A stretch of 63,991 nt of DNA, filler included, from Sphacelaria rigidula (lineage: Eukaryota), in assembly GCA_964200075.2 (NCBI GenBank). It is 10 parts of 10 records of this genome, joined end to end, with 100 filler letters (N's around TTAATTAATTAA, not from the genome) between each part and the next. Parts side by side here need not be neighbours in the genome. Positions count along the whole stretch, not along the records: positions 1 to 6,310 come from CAXNAA020020865.1; positions 6,411 to 12,719 come from CAXNAA020020866.1; 8 more parts are not named here. One strand, written 5' to 3'. A model generated the notes under the pieces. That model had not been told where the DNA came from and did not search any database. It was given only the letters and a program-made list of their open reading frames with translations. Position numbers and translations under genes: made by a program. Shown here piece after piece: positions 1 to 11,969 of the stretch (positions are counted from its first letter, which is position 1; the number at the start of each line of letters is the position of its first letter).

Positions 1-1803
1 TTTTGTTTTCCCGATTTTGAAAAAATCAAGATTCGTGCTTGCCATAAAAGTGGGTCTAAGAGGTCAAAGGGTAAAAAAATAATTGTTGCGAGATCAAGTC
101 AGCCTATTATTCGTGTGGATGAGTCATTCCACGCCTCAAGTGATCTCCAAGAAAATGATACTTGTACCCGGGGGCACCGTTGAATATTGCCCGTTAGCGC
201 CGTCCTCCCTGCTCCGCCGATGTCAGGCCAAAACGCGACCGCAGTGTTGCGCCTGGTTTTGTCATGTTTTTTATCATCCCCCGAAAAAGCAACGCTTGGT
301 GGATTCACAGCCACTCACGGATATCGGTACTTTGCTGTGGATTTGCTGTGGGTTGTTTGTTTTAACGTCATCCTCCATGAAGTCCGACGTATTTCTACGC
401 GTCACAGCCTACAACATGGCGACGGATATTTCCTAGCGCAAGAGACAACGCACTTTTTGTACGAAGCTGGTGGTCATTTTCCAGCCTGTTCTTCCCAAAC
501 GCAATCGCACAGTGCACTGTCAAGGTATCTAGCGTCCACGCTTGTCAGAAGGCATCATTACCGACCTGGGTCATGGACCTCACCGCCCAAGATGATACGC
601 GATATTCGCTGAAACTCGAATCAGCTCTGGCTCTTATTTTTGTTGATGCATTGCATCGAGTCAGCGCGGGGTGATCGCCACGCATAGCAATTGAAATTGG
701 CTCGGTTTGCGGTCTGTGACTGGATATGTCTTCGTTGTATCCAGGGACTTTAACATAGATCCAACGTAGATAGCGTCTGTTTTCCGCGGAAAAAGGCTAC
801 ATGGGCCTTGTCCTAGATCTGCGTTACTGTACTTACTTTCGAACGATTCTTGGGCGCAAGTCGTTTTGTATCTCTCTACACACTTGGTCCACAGTGCGAG
901 GTGACCTCTTTCCAAATTTTCGTAGTCGGCATCAGTGGTGTAGTCGGTCCAGAGTCGAGTCGAATTCGACTGAGCAACTCGAGATACTGTCGATTCTCCA
1001 CCAACTTATTTCATCGACGAGATGCATGTGATGCCACGTTTTGGTTTGGAATTCTCATTGAGTTCAAATCATGTGGAAGTCTCTGGTACAATGAAGTGCG
1101 ACGGAGCACGAGAGAGTTCGTCACTTGATTTCAACGCAGCCGTCGTATCCGAAGAGTGAGTGCTGCTGCACCAGAACGAGCTTTTTGACTCGTCTTTTCG
1201 ACCGAAAATTCGTATGTTCTCCAACTTTACTCGCAACGGTTGATCAGCGAGATGCAGGTGAGGCGGTAAAACCTCTTGAAATGAAACGCTTATTGTTCCT
1301 CAATTCCTCCTGGTCTCTTGCCGTGTCGGTTCGTTACCGAGCACAAGCGCGGCAGACTCTCGTACTATAAGGCGGATCTGCATGGAGGGGAAATCGTAAA
1401 AGCAAATTCGGTGACAACGTTCGGTCTCACTCGTCTCCCACCAGCCCATGCTACCCTACAATAACTTCCGTACTTTCGTTTTTACGAGCTGGGCCAACTG
1501 ATCGTGTTTCTTGTCGGTAATCGGGTGATGCGGTGCTCAATTGGAGGAGGTAGGCGCTGAATTTTTTACATATTTTCATCAACACGCGCAAGATTTCTCG
1601 GGATGCCAAGAAGAAAAAAAACGTTGCCCCGATTTGAAATGTCAACAAATGCTGGAAAAAATGTTACAACTCGGTGAAGAAAAAAAAAACGACGGCATCC
1701 TCAGAAATGTCGTCCGTACTTGGGCGTAGGAGATCCTGGTGAAGTTTCGACTAAAAATAAAAGAAGAAATGGCCCCAGTGTGGCCCTTTTTGCGTGACAC
1801 CGC

Positions 1804-1870
1804 TGCACCCCGGTGGTCCAACTGATACACGAGCCTACAATTACACAAGTCACGAGTTCGGATTCCGGCA
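1804..1870 (+). mobile_element. tRNA-derived SINE head (degenerate Pol III A/B boxes)
   Basis: gcaccccggTGGTCCAACTGA...GAGTTCGGATTCC; resembles the head of the SINE at 49620-49694 (minus). Confidence 0.5.
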
Positions 1871-3395
1871 CGACAATATTTCCCCCCATAATGTGACAGA
1901 TAAGAGAAAACGATTACCGTCGGGGATTTGATCGAGGAAAAGCGTTGCAGCCCAGTCTCAGTTGGATACTCGTGCCTGTGCTCGTTGCATGTGACAATCG
2001 GCTCGGAATTCCTCTCCCACGATGGAGCTGTTGACAAGCTTGATACCATCTCGCAGCATTCCCAGTGCACCCTCGACTGTGGGTGTCAAAGTTGTCATAC
2101 GTAATTCCGCCGCGTTTCCTGGGGGAAAAAACTCAGAACACGCTCTAACGCCACGGAAAAAGACGTACCCGGTACTCAGTGCAGTCTAGAAGAGTCATCG
2201 CCTAAACTCCGCTAATCGACCAGCTACGAAGCCGTGCAGCATCAGCTTGGTCTGCAGTCCACAGCGATATGCTTCGATCGGGGTAATTGGGGAAACTTGC
2301 GAGGTTCGCGTGTGCTATGCGCTTGTAAGTTTCACGGCTGGCCCAGCTCGTATACCGTACACGTTTTAATATTTTGTTTAGTCGCTTGTGCTCCTTCAGC
2401 GCTGTAATTCGGCGTAATAGTATGGGGGTCAAGTACGCATGATCCACCCAAACGCGCGGTATATCTTATCGTCTGCGAAAAATACCGAGGCGTGCATCAG
2501 TCTGTACAACAAAGTAAAAATCATCCGGGCGCAACCCTGATCGGTCTGTACAAGTCGTTTAATGTTGACGGGTAGCAGCACCCAGCGACCTACGCTTCAT
2601 CACTAGCGCTAGTCCTACTCCGCACTCTATCTATACCTGGCCCTACCCGTGAGTTAACGTCATGGGGCACTCGAATGCGTTGGTGGGGTCTACGGCTGTG
2701 TGCACTGGTTGGGTGTACCTCTGGGTTGATGTGCTTTCGGTGTATATGGGGTTATGCAAGTTAATAAGGTAAACATCCACTGTAGGCTATGTGCATTGGA
2801 GGAGTGAACGGTTAAGCCGTGCACGCCGGAAGAAGTGAACATCTGACGTAGTCTGTCTAGGTGTGAATAATTGCGCGCGACGACCATAATTTTTGCTGAA
2901 CAAGGGGTGCAAATGAAGTTGCATGTACACCCGGGTGCATTCATAATTTTCTCGAGTGGTATCATGCTGTTGACCCTGTCGTTCACATCTACGCGAGTAG
3001 TGGCTGGTAGTCTTCAAGTGTTCGCTAGCGTCCGTTGCACTGATTTTGGCCTTGCCAACACGTTGCGAACTTGGGTCGGGGCACCGTTGCACACTCCATG
3101 CCCAAGGGTTCTGGGTCCATATTGACTTCGGGTGAGGGTTACGACGTAACGAAGACACAATACTGAAAATGTATCTGCCAAGACTTTCAGCGACGATGAG
3201 CTTGTGCATCGGCTCAAATGCTCAATAGTCGTGGTATCTGCCCACCAACACGATGCATTGCGATCATCAATACGGCACTGTCTTTACGTGACTGTAAAAT
3301 AATGCAACATCGTCAGAAAGGCGACAGCTGTTGAGACAAGACCGAACACTCAACGTTTTGTTATTGCGACCAAACTGCACTGTTGTCTTCACCAG

Positions 3396-3637
3396 TCGGG
3401 AAGGGGAACGCCGCGACGGGGGGTGCAGGTGGCCAACAACAACAGCAAGCAAGGGCTGCTGTGCCGCAGGGTCATGGTGCACCGCCTCCCACCGTGAAGC
3501 GGGCGGTCGCCACAGACGCCGCTTGGGCGAATCAAGTCCAGTCCTTAGCGCAAGGCGTGCTGAAGCAAGCCACAGCGTTGGATGGTCTGATTGATGTCCT
3601 GCCGGGGGCAGAGCTGCGGGAGGATCAGCAGATGAAG
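3396..3637 (+). CDS. MED21: Mediator subunit 21 (Srb7), internal exon
   Basis: Acceptor cttcaccag|; encodes ...QVQSLAQGVLKQATALDGLIDVLPGAELREDQQMK, matching the MED21 LAxxxxxKAxxIDxLIDxLPG...EEQ pattern; donor AAG|GCGAGT. Confidence 0.85.
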
Positions 3638-4158
3638 GCGAGTCGTTTATGTGTACTCAGTCACAAGCGATGGGGAAGACAACGTAATAAACGGACTTAC
3701 ATCTTTTTATTTCCCTTGACGGACTTACACGTGCGAAGTCTGTTGATAGCGGCGCATAGTACACGGGGGTCACACGCCCGATACGGCCCTCGGGTGCCCC
3801 TGCTGTACCGGAAATATCTCGACGGCAATGGACGAATCTACGTGCTCGATAACGATCTGGGCGGCTGTTTCCCTTTCCCTTGTCAGAGTGTGCAGCGAAA
3901 GCGGACGAAGCCACATATCGCGGTGCCGCTTCACAATTACTAGTCTAAACAGCGCGGGGTGAGCTACTGTGGTTCACGTGCGCACCATCGGTACAATCCT
4001 TGACGTGGCGCCGCTCTGGGTCACGGGTGGACGCGCGCGCCCCGGACACATAATGTGTACTGCGCTAGATTTTTAGGCTATGGTGACATCTCACCCCTTC
4101 CTCTCTTGCTATGTACTCGTTTGTGTTTTGGTCGATACGGGATGTTGTTGACTTGCAG

Positions 4159-4299
4159 GAACTCGCTCGTTTGGACGCACAAGGACGAAAAAATAGGGCA
4201 GAGCTGGCGAAAACGGTGGAGAAGGCCGACGAACTCAGCAAGGGCGTCAACGGCAGTCTCGACAAACTGGCGGAGCACATGCTTGCTGCCCCGCGATAG
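4159..4299 (+). CDS. MED21: Mediator subunit 21, terminal exon
   Basis: Acceptor acttgcag|; phase 0 with the previous exon; ELARLDAQGRKNRAELAKTVEKADELSKGVNGSLDKLAEHMLAAPR* fits the MED21 C-terminal coiled coil. Confidence 0.85.
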   Translation, partial: ELARLDAQGRKNRAELAKTVEKADELSKGVNGSLDKLAEHMLAAPR

Positions 4300-4543
4300 C
4301 ATCAGTCGATCGCCGTGCATGCGGTGTTGTGGTCGTTTCTGGCACGCTATCCTTTCTTTCGGGTGGGGGGTTGGGGGGGGGGGGGGGGGAACCGGTTTGA
4401 TCAGCCCTGGGTAATGGGGAGATTTTGGGTTGGGGGCTGGGCGGGGGTGGGGTTGCGCGGGTTCAAANNNNNNNNNNGGTTGTGTTTTCTTTTTCCGTTT
4501 TTGGGTGGGGGGTGTGTGGGTGGTTGTGTTTGTTTTGTGGGCT

Positions 4544-4585
<42 letters not shown>

Positions 4586-4895
4586 ACATGGTGTTCTCAG
4601 CCCGTGATAATAGGTATCTTTTGGCTTGGGAAGTCGGCAGGGCTAGTGTTGCCCAGGTTGAAAATGGCCAAGTGTGCACTTCGCCACCGTAACCCGTCTG
4701 AGGTCATTGAATGAGGAAGGTTCGTTTGTGTTTTCGAACCGTGGAAGTGCATAGCGAGCTCCGGGTCCACATCAATTCACAACTTCTGATGGGGTGTTGG
4801 ATTTTATTTCTTCGTCGTTTGTGTCCCCATTCCAAGGCGAGAGCAAGCACAATGATCTGTTTCTGCGCTCGTGTTGAGAATGTTTCACACGCTGA

Positions 4896-5045
4896 ACAAT
4901 ATATGGTCAAGAGATCCAATAGACGAGAAGTGTACTGCATAAAGTATAGGCGTATTGCAACTATTGCCGGCCGACAATAGCCGCAATAGGCCTATACTTT
5001 ATGCAGTACGTTTCTTGTCTATTGCAACTATTGACCATATATTGT
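4896..5045. repeat. 150-bp imperfect palindrome (foldback/MITE-like)
   Basis: acaatatatggtcaa...gtactgcataaagtatagg mirrored by cctatactttatgcagtac...ttgaccatatattgt; centre at 4970/4971. Confidence 0.85.
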
Positions 5046-5479
5046 CCAAGGTCTCGAAACTCCCTGACTCGTTCGATGTGCCCATGATGAGTATTTAATA
5101 CTCCCTCAGCACGATCACTCTACCGCACGGCTTCGTGTTACCAGGCCTCTCGACGAAATGGGCGTGCTGTTGTGTGCTTCGCACGCAGTCAAAATCTTGA
5201 CCGCTTCTCGAGCCGAATTTGCACAACAGCATGTGGGCGTCGGTCGAGATGGTGTCAATCGCACTTGTGCCCTTGACGTCCAGCAGACCACATTGCTTTC
5301 ACCCCCCAAGAAGGAAATATACTGGGGCTTCATTGCTCTTCTTTCTGACGTGTGTACCGCGGCCGACTATCGGAGAGAGGTTCATCGCACTATACATCTC
5401 GGTTGTCCTCGAAATGATACCCCCTCCCTGGGACGTTCTATACTCTGCGCGTTCTCAATAGCAAAGTACTGCAGGATCT

Positions 5480-5619
5480 TCACTGATTGAAGGCATATTT
5501 GATGGCGCCAAACAGGCCTCCTCCTCCTTCTTCCTTCTCGGGCGGAATGTCTCCAGACTCGAAGCGGTTTCGTAGGTCATACACAAAGGCCAGCGCATCC
5601 TGCTCAGACTTCGTAAGGT
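5480..5619 (-). CDS. Terminal exon of an unknown gene convergent with MED21
   Basis: Strong pyrimidine tract and acceptor (cccctttccctcaatccccttcccgcgcag|); DLTKSEQDALAFVYDLRNRFESGDIPPEKEEGGGGLFGAIKYAFNQ*. Confidence 0.7.
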
Positions 5620-6310
5620 CTGCGCGGGAAGGGGATTGAGGGAAAGGGGCAGACAGAAAGACAGACAGTCGAGGCATCCCGGTGAGAAACATGTCAGGAT
5701 AATGTTCTAGTTGGAAATGTACTTTAGTATAACTCTCACGACGCGGTCTCAAGATATGAAACGGTCAAGAACATTGGGACATTCAGTACCAGCTAGATCA
5801 TCCAGCAATCACCAGATACTGATGCTGTACGTTAGACGGCATACGTATGATGATCCAGTACGAAAAGGGTCGCAATCGTGATGTTTCCTGCAACCTTGCA
5901 AGGGTCTCGGGAGTGTGCTGTACACCCTGTGAGGCAGTCACGGACTTGGCATTCCAACATGGGCTGCGATCTTAATTGCACGCGCAGGATACACTTGTAT
6001 CGGCAGAGGAGAATCCATCTTCGAGCTCGTCAAGTTGCCTGTGCCTAGTTACAGTTTACGGCCAACAGTGGGGGTCCACCAACCGGTAGAGGTCTTTGCG
6101 CATTAGGCTATATTATTTGGTGGGCAATAGTCTAGAAAAGGTATACCTTCTCGTTTATTGCCCAGGAAAGGTACGAAAAGTGGACAGGAACGCGAAAACA
6201 GCCAAACACGCCATTTTGACCGTTTTCGCTCCGGATTTTTCACGCACATCGTTCGGGGGGGGCATTGGCACCCGAAAATAGAAAAAAAACGGATACAAAA
6301 TATGTTACTC

Positions 6311-6410
6311 NNNNNNNNNNNNNNNNNNNNNNNNNNNNNNNNNNNNNNNNNNNNTTAATTAATTAANNNNNNNNNNNNNNNNNNNNNNNNNNNNNNNNNN
6401 NNNNNNNNNN
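6311..6410. other. Artificial scaffold linker (N44-TTAATTAATTAA-N44); also at 12720-12819, 19129-19228, 25538-25637, 31947-32046, 38356-38455, 44765-44864, 51174-51273, 57583-57682
   Basis: Identical 100-bp spacer with stop codons in all six frames. The flanked segments are all 6309 bp (first one 6310), consistent with size-sorted concatenated scaffolds. Confidence 0.97.
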
Positions 6411-7335
6411 GGGGCCCCCCCCCTACAGGGGGGGGAGGAGCCCGGCGGGTTTCCGGCCGGCCCCGGGAGATTGGGGGGGGGGTTGGGGGGGTATAAACCG
6501 TTTTCCAGTCTGTAAGGCCCCCTGACCGGTGCAGTGTTACGCCGGGGGTTAGTGTCACGTTCCCCACCACCACCCCCAAAATGAAGACGCGACGAAGTCT
6601 AGGAAGTGTACGGAAGGATATATAGCAACTAAAGCATTACACAGCTGTAGTATATGTCTAAAGCTACCTTCTGGTCGCAGTCTAGCTCAATTCCACCCAG
6701 TACAGCTCACAAACCAGCGATGGATACCCCTGAAAATAAGTTGTAACTATTCGTACAAGCAAAAACGTCATTTTTCAACATGCCCCTCCTTCACGCGACA
6801 GAAGATTACTCACTACTGACGAGCGTTACGAAGCTGGAACTCTACAGGCAGGTACTACTAGGCACTAGCCGTCGTTCAAGCCTTGGCAGACTTCAATTGA
6901 GTGTCGAAACAGTGCAATATCTTTAGTAGATGATCTCCACTTCACCCCGACTTCCAATTTTTAGACAAGGGTTTTGGCCGCCAAGAAGTGGAGGACTGGT
7001 GGGTACGCGTTTCATCTACACAGAGCAATCCGATTTGTGTCGATAGCTGCCGTGTGCGTCGAGATATTGCCATCTCGGTGACGGGTGTTATAACGTGTGA
7101 GGGGCAGCGCGAAAACCCATCGGGTCACATGTGATGTCCACATTGAGCAGGTAGTGATTGATTGCGCCGCGTCCACTTGGTTTGTAGCGTGGGGGGTATC
7201 TTCTCCCGCAAGCATACATGCAACAATTAACATTGCCCGCCAGTGGGAAAGACGTTCTAGACATGTGCTTGTCACTGTCGCTGGGGCGGCGCGTGAAGCT
7301 TGCTTACGGGATCGCCGCGCAAGGTGTAAACGACA

Positions 7336-7394
7336 CTTGATTGATTTATTGATTATCTCACATTAGCTGGTTGCTACATTCCAGCCCGTGGTCA
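7336..7394 (-). mobile_element. 3' end of (CAAT)n-tailed retroposon; a second degenerate copy at ~7600-7647
   Basis: Reverse complement tgaccacgggctgg...ccagctaatgtgagataatcaataaatcaatc, similar to 13104-13160 and 39764-39840. Confidence 0.6.
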
Positions 7395-8659
7395 GGAGCA
7401 GCAAAAATAGAACAGAATAATAAAAACAAAAACAAAAAAGAATGAACAGAAAAAGACAAAAGCAACGGCCTCAGAAAAGAAAGAAAGGGGGCAGCGATAA
7501 CAACAAAAAAACAACAACACCACCACCACCACCAAGCAACAACAACAAAATAACGACAAACAAACAAACACGAACACAAGCACAAGCAACACAAAAAGAG
7601 GATGATCGCGCATTACGTAGCTGACTGCAACATTCCAGCTCGTGATCAGAGACAAAAAGGAGAAAAATGAAAAAAAAAAATGACAGAAAAGAAACACTCG
7701 CGGTCTGCCGATTCCTTGTGTCGTCAGTGATACTGTAAGCTGTCGGAAACAAAAGAGAGATGCCACGGAAACTGCTTCAGGGTTTGCTGCGAAGCACACG
7801 TAGTCACATCGACTGTGCGGTGTGATGGGGACCGAAGTTTGGTGGGCAATAATGAAGGGTTAGGGACGGAAAACATCATCTAATGTTCCTCCAGCGTGCA
7901 GCACTTGGAACATGTGTTCTGCCACATGGAGGATGGATTACGTGTTCCATCGTCATCACGTACCCGCCCCCCCCCACCATGACCACAGAACATATACACA
8001 TCGGACCCCAGAAATTCGGTCATCAGATTTCAATCTTGTATGGCATGCAGAAACTGGTGATAGCTATCGGTACGCGAAGGAATGCAGGCACATTTTTAAG
8101 AAAATGGTCTACATATATGAAGATTGTAATAAACCGACTTATCATTGTCAATGAAAACCGTTGTCCTCAATTTTCACGATCGGTTGTTATCACACCAAAT
8201 ATTCGTGGCGGTTCGCCCGCTGTGCAGAGCGCTTTGAACGCCGCCTCACGAATGGAGTCCACGCGCGTGTAGTGGTCGTGTTGCACAGTATTCCATAAGG
8301 TTCTCTCCAACACCACGTCTTGATCATCATTTTCGCTTTATTAGTCGTTCGTTCCACTAGTATCACGCAATGTCTTGAGATACAACCGGCTATTCTCCCA
8401 GGGGTGTCGCCGGACGACCCGCCGTAGACGTCTGCACACAAGGGCGCACTGCATCAGGCACTCTACAACGTCCCCATCAACCCTATGCACGGGTTATAAC
8501 TTCCGTCTGCAGAAGATAACTCCCACGGTTACTTATATACCTATGCAACTCATCTGCAAGAAACATGTCTACGACTTTCGACTCAGGTGCAATCAAAACG
8601 CGAATTCGTCGTCGTGGTCTTTGCCCGCTTCCAATGCCGAATCCTCTTCCTCTGAGTCG

Positions 8660-10471
8660 CTACACGGAGTCCGAATCTCCAAGCCAGATCCCGGCTGGAT
8701 GCTTCGATCCGCCCTCTGGCGGACCATCTAGACCGCCGTCGCAACAACTGCGACTGATATGATCTGGTCCCGGATCCGATTTCCCTCCCGCTACCCTCGC
8801 CATCCTCTCGCTATCTCGTCGGCAGCACTCCTCACCACGGCTACTATCAACACCTGCCCCCGGGGCCTTCCTCGCTCCATTCGCCTGCCCCCCGCCACGC
8901 AACGCCGCTGACCCGCCCCTTCCACGGTTGGCCGTGGATCCGCCCCTCCCCTTACGACGTCGGCGGGACGTATCGACACATCCTCCGACGGAATCACCTG
9001 TAGCGTCGGTCGCTGGGTCAGGGGGTGGCGGCAAAAAGCAGCGGCCCTGGCAACCGCAGCTCAACGTACAATTCCCCAAACATCTGCAATCTCGGCAACG
9101 GTGACGTCTTTGCCCCGCCCTTTCCGGCTTGCACGCGCATCTCAGGGTTCGCACAATCCCGGATATATCGACATACTTGTGGCTTGACAAGTATACCGCT
9201 ATGTTGTCCCGTGTAAGCTCCACCGCCCCTCTCCTCGCCGCCTTTACCCCACCCTTGTGGTGAGTCTTTTTTTCTGGTTCAACCCCCCATCCGCGCCCGT
9301 TGAAGTTCACTGTGGGCATGCTCATCCCATGGTCCCCCCCCCAGTATTCCGATACTGCGTCGGTTCTATCCACGTGCTTCTGGCAGGCGTCCAAGTCCGG
9401 GCAGCACCGGGAAGGCATGTGCTCATGTACTGTGGTGATGCACAGACGAATCTTGTTCACGAAAGACTCCAGATTCTGCCCTGTCGTGGTGAAGAGATGT
9501 CTAGGATCCGCGGCGACTCGCGCAAATGCGTTTTCGTACCTGAAGAAAAAAATCATGGCCAGTAGCTTGACCACCTCGTCCACCTCCACCCTCGCCTTAC
9601 CCTCGTCGATCACCACTATCGCTTTCGTTGACAGATTCGGCGTTCTCAGTGCCTTTAGAACGAATTCCCACGTGTTGGGGAAGGGAACCCCGGATACACG
9701 CGGCAGGAAGTCGTAGCCCGCCAATAGAAAGGTGAAAACGAAGAGCGCCACCTTTACAGGATGCGTCAGCCAATCATACAGTCCGTCGGGAGGCCACGCA
9801 CTTTCGCTCCCGTCCCTCGCAGTCACGATGCCGCTGTACACCCTGTTCACCAGTATGTACCGAGCGCCTCCGTTCACAATGCGTCTGACAGCTACCTGCA
9901 CCGCGTTGGAGCCTTGTGGCTCAATATGCCCACAGGACATGGCCAAAAGGACAAGTATATACTGATCAGTATCAGTGGAAGTCACGAGCCACATCTTCAA
10001 ATGCTTCTGAAATAACGTCCCGGAGTGAAAGATGAAGTGCACTGCGGACATCTCCCCCTCACCTATGCCGGGTCCAACTGCGCTACGGATGCTCCGGTCA
10101 GGCCCCTTGCCATCACGCCACCACAACAGATGAAGTTGCAAGTCACCAATTGAACGGTGCCCCCCCCCACACACACGTGGTGAACATGGTTCTGCTGCCG
10201 CCGCTATGTCCACGCTCCCGCTCTCTGATGACGCCGCGAGAGACGAAGGTGGAGTCGTCCGGACCCCCCCGTCGGCGCCGACACCAGCGCGTGGCGCCCT
10301 CCTCGCCGCCGCCGCCGCCGCCTCACCTGTTCCCCTGCCTGTCACCACCTCAAGATATGTCCGCGGGGGCGCCCTTGCCAGATCGCTGCAGTCGACACCT
10401 CCGCCGGCCACAGCTGTTGCCACCCGCGGCACCGCCGTTCCCCCCCGACCGATGCCGCCGCTGAATTGCAC
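8660..10471 (-). CDS. XPG/FEN/XRN-like 5' nuclease plus C-terminal CXC (9 Cys) finger; AcademX-like transposon protein, probably partial or degenerate
   Basis: Intronless 603-aa ORF with GIGEGEM, VTSTDTD, FLLAGYDFLP, CPDLDACQKHVDR..YW..GRGW and CACKP...CRDCRC..CTLSCGC...C motifs. Confidence 0.7.
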   Translation of the reverse strand: MQFSGGIGRGGTAVPRVATAVAGGGVDCSDLARAPPRTYLEVVTGRGTGEAAAAAARRAPRAGVGADGGVRTTPPSSLAASSESGSVDIAAAAEPCSPRVCGGGHRSIGDLQLHLLWWRDGKGPDRSIRSAVGPGIGEGEMSAVHFIFHSGTLFQKHLKMWLVTSTDTDQYILVLLAMSCGHIEPQGSNAVQVAVRRIVNGGARYILVNRVYSGIVTARDGSESAWPPDGLYDWLTHPVKVALFVFTFLLAGYDFLPRVSGVPFPNTWEFVLKALRTPNLSTKAIVVIDEGKARVEVDEVVKLLAMIFFFRYENAFARVAADPRHLFTTTGQNLESFVNKIRLCITTVHEHMPSRCCPDLDACQKHVDRTDAVSEYWGGDHGMSMPTVNFNGRGWGVEPEKKTHHKGGVKAARRGAVELTRDNIAVYLSSHKYVDISGIVRTLRCACKPERAGQRRHRCRDCRCLGNCTLSCGCQGRCFLPPPPDPATDATGDSVGGCVDTSRRRRKGRGGSTANRGRGGSAALRGGGQANGARKAPGAGVDSSRGEECCRRDSERMARVAGGKSDPGPDHISRSCCDGGLDGPPEGGSKHPAGIWLGDSDSV

Positions 10472-11048
10472 CCGCTGGCCCCCATCGAAACACTATCGCC
10501 GCAACCACTCGCACACGACGCCTTTGCCGCCGTTTCCGTGTCCACCGCCCCCCCCGGCAGCTCGCCCATCATCACTGTCGCATCCCACTGCTGGGCCCCA
10601 CCCCCCTCTGTGCGTCCCAGAGCATCGGTGCGTCCCGTCGCGTATGCCATAATCGCCGCCGGTGTCGCGGCCCCTCCTTCGCCCGGTACTGTGCTGCAAC
10701 GCCGCCTGCTGTTGTTCATGCCACGCTCCCCATACGCTGTCAACCTCCGGCTTATTCGTCACGATTCTCTTCCGCCTCGATGCACGTACGTCAGCATGTG
10801 GTGGTGTGCCCCTGCCGGAGTTGGGCGGTGTACGTCTTTTCTTGGCCTTGGCCGATGGAGTTGAATTTTTTACCTCCGGGGCTTCACCACCGGCAGCTAT
10901 CCCGATTTTACGGGGGGTGTTACCCACTTCCCTGAGAGGTACTGTCGGCGGATTCCGTGGTAACACCTCCCGTATATTGTTTTATGAGGCCGAGGTGATG
11001 GAGACATCACGAGTCGCGCCTTCCCCGGCCGATCGAAATTTGAAGTTG

Positions 11049-11627
11049 CTACCTTGTGCACGGATGGCTATTGCACCCCTCCAACCCCTGCTTTTCTACA
11101 GATGCGCCATCACTGGACGCGAAGGATGTCTCCGGCGCACTGAACAGGACAGTCGCCGGATCTTTTCCGTAGGAACGGGGGCTCAGCCACTTTTGCGGTT
11201 TGACTCGTTCGCCGGTGTGACCCTCGGCGATGTCCCTCACATTTTCCACCGGTGTTGCACATTCGGAGTGCGTCAGGGGAGATCTACTTTCAACCGCGGA
11301 TGTGGCATGTGTCGGTCGGGATGGAGGCGACAGTGGTGCAGACACGTCATCACCTGCCCGGAATAGACGGGAAAATGATAGATTGACGCAACGTATCAGT
11401 CGTGCAGTCTCATTTGTTTTTATATTGCACAAAACACGGGCTCGTGTGAAATGATGATATCCTGGAACGTATCCGCAATTTAGTTCAAATATCTCAGTCA
11501 TAAGCGGGAACAAGAGGAAATCAGTCAGATGAGCTGGGTCTTCAGCACCTCTATTTCGCACGGTAATAGTGCACGAGGGATATCGGGGTGCTCTTACCTC
11601 GAGGCCGATTGCGGTGCCGTATCTCAC
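11049..11627 (-). pseudogene. Unknown 192-aa ORF upstream of the nuclease ORF; possibly a disrupted part of the same element
   Basis: Same strand, intronless, about 0.6 kb upstream; no motif recognised with confidence. Confidence 0.3.
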
Positions 11628-11969
11628 GTTCGGTCTGCCCCGGCTGGCGTCTCAAAAGTGCTCCAGACGTTGCACTCCAACTGTGAGTCTTGGGGACCTT
11701 CCACATCTACGGTCAGCAAATGCGCGGGGGAATGGGTGCGTATAGGATATTATTACAGATGTCTTTAATCGTGCGGTTGACGTGCTGTACTGTCCAACGA
11801 TAACGGGGTTTTGATTGCCGCGCCATCTAATGTCATGATCTTGCATGTGATCGTCGTACTGATGTACTGTCCAAGTTCACAACTCGAAATCTGTGTCTTT
11901 TATAAGTCGGACAATCTCGCTCCACGTAGGGGGTCGTCCGAACCCGAGCGCAGTATCCAAACATGCCAT

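Noticed and set aside
4315..4714. Gly- or Pro-rich ORFs (also 47788-47985)
   Set aside because: They derive from poly-G/C runs next to 10-N gaps, likely low-quality sequence.
6355..6366. TTAATTAATTAA recurring every 6409 bp as a possible biological periodic element
   Set aside because: It is embedded in Ns and is a synthetic six-frame stop linker.
6816..6845. CTGACGA as a possible hammerhead ribozyme core
   Set aside because: No GAAA after stem II and no stems I/III found.
10150..11366. Plus-strand ORFs overlapping the nuclease region
   Set aside because: Antisense shadows of GC-rich sequence with no recognisable motifs.
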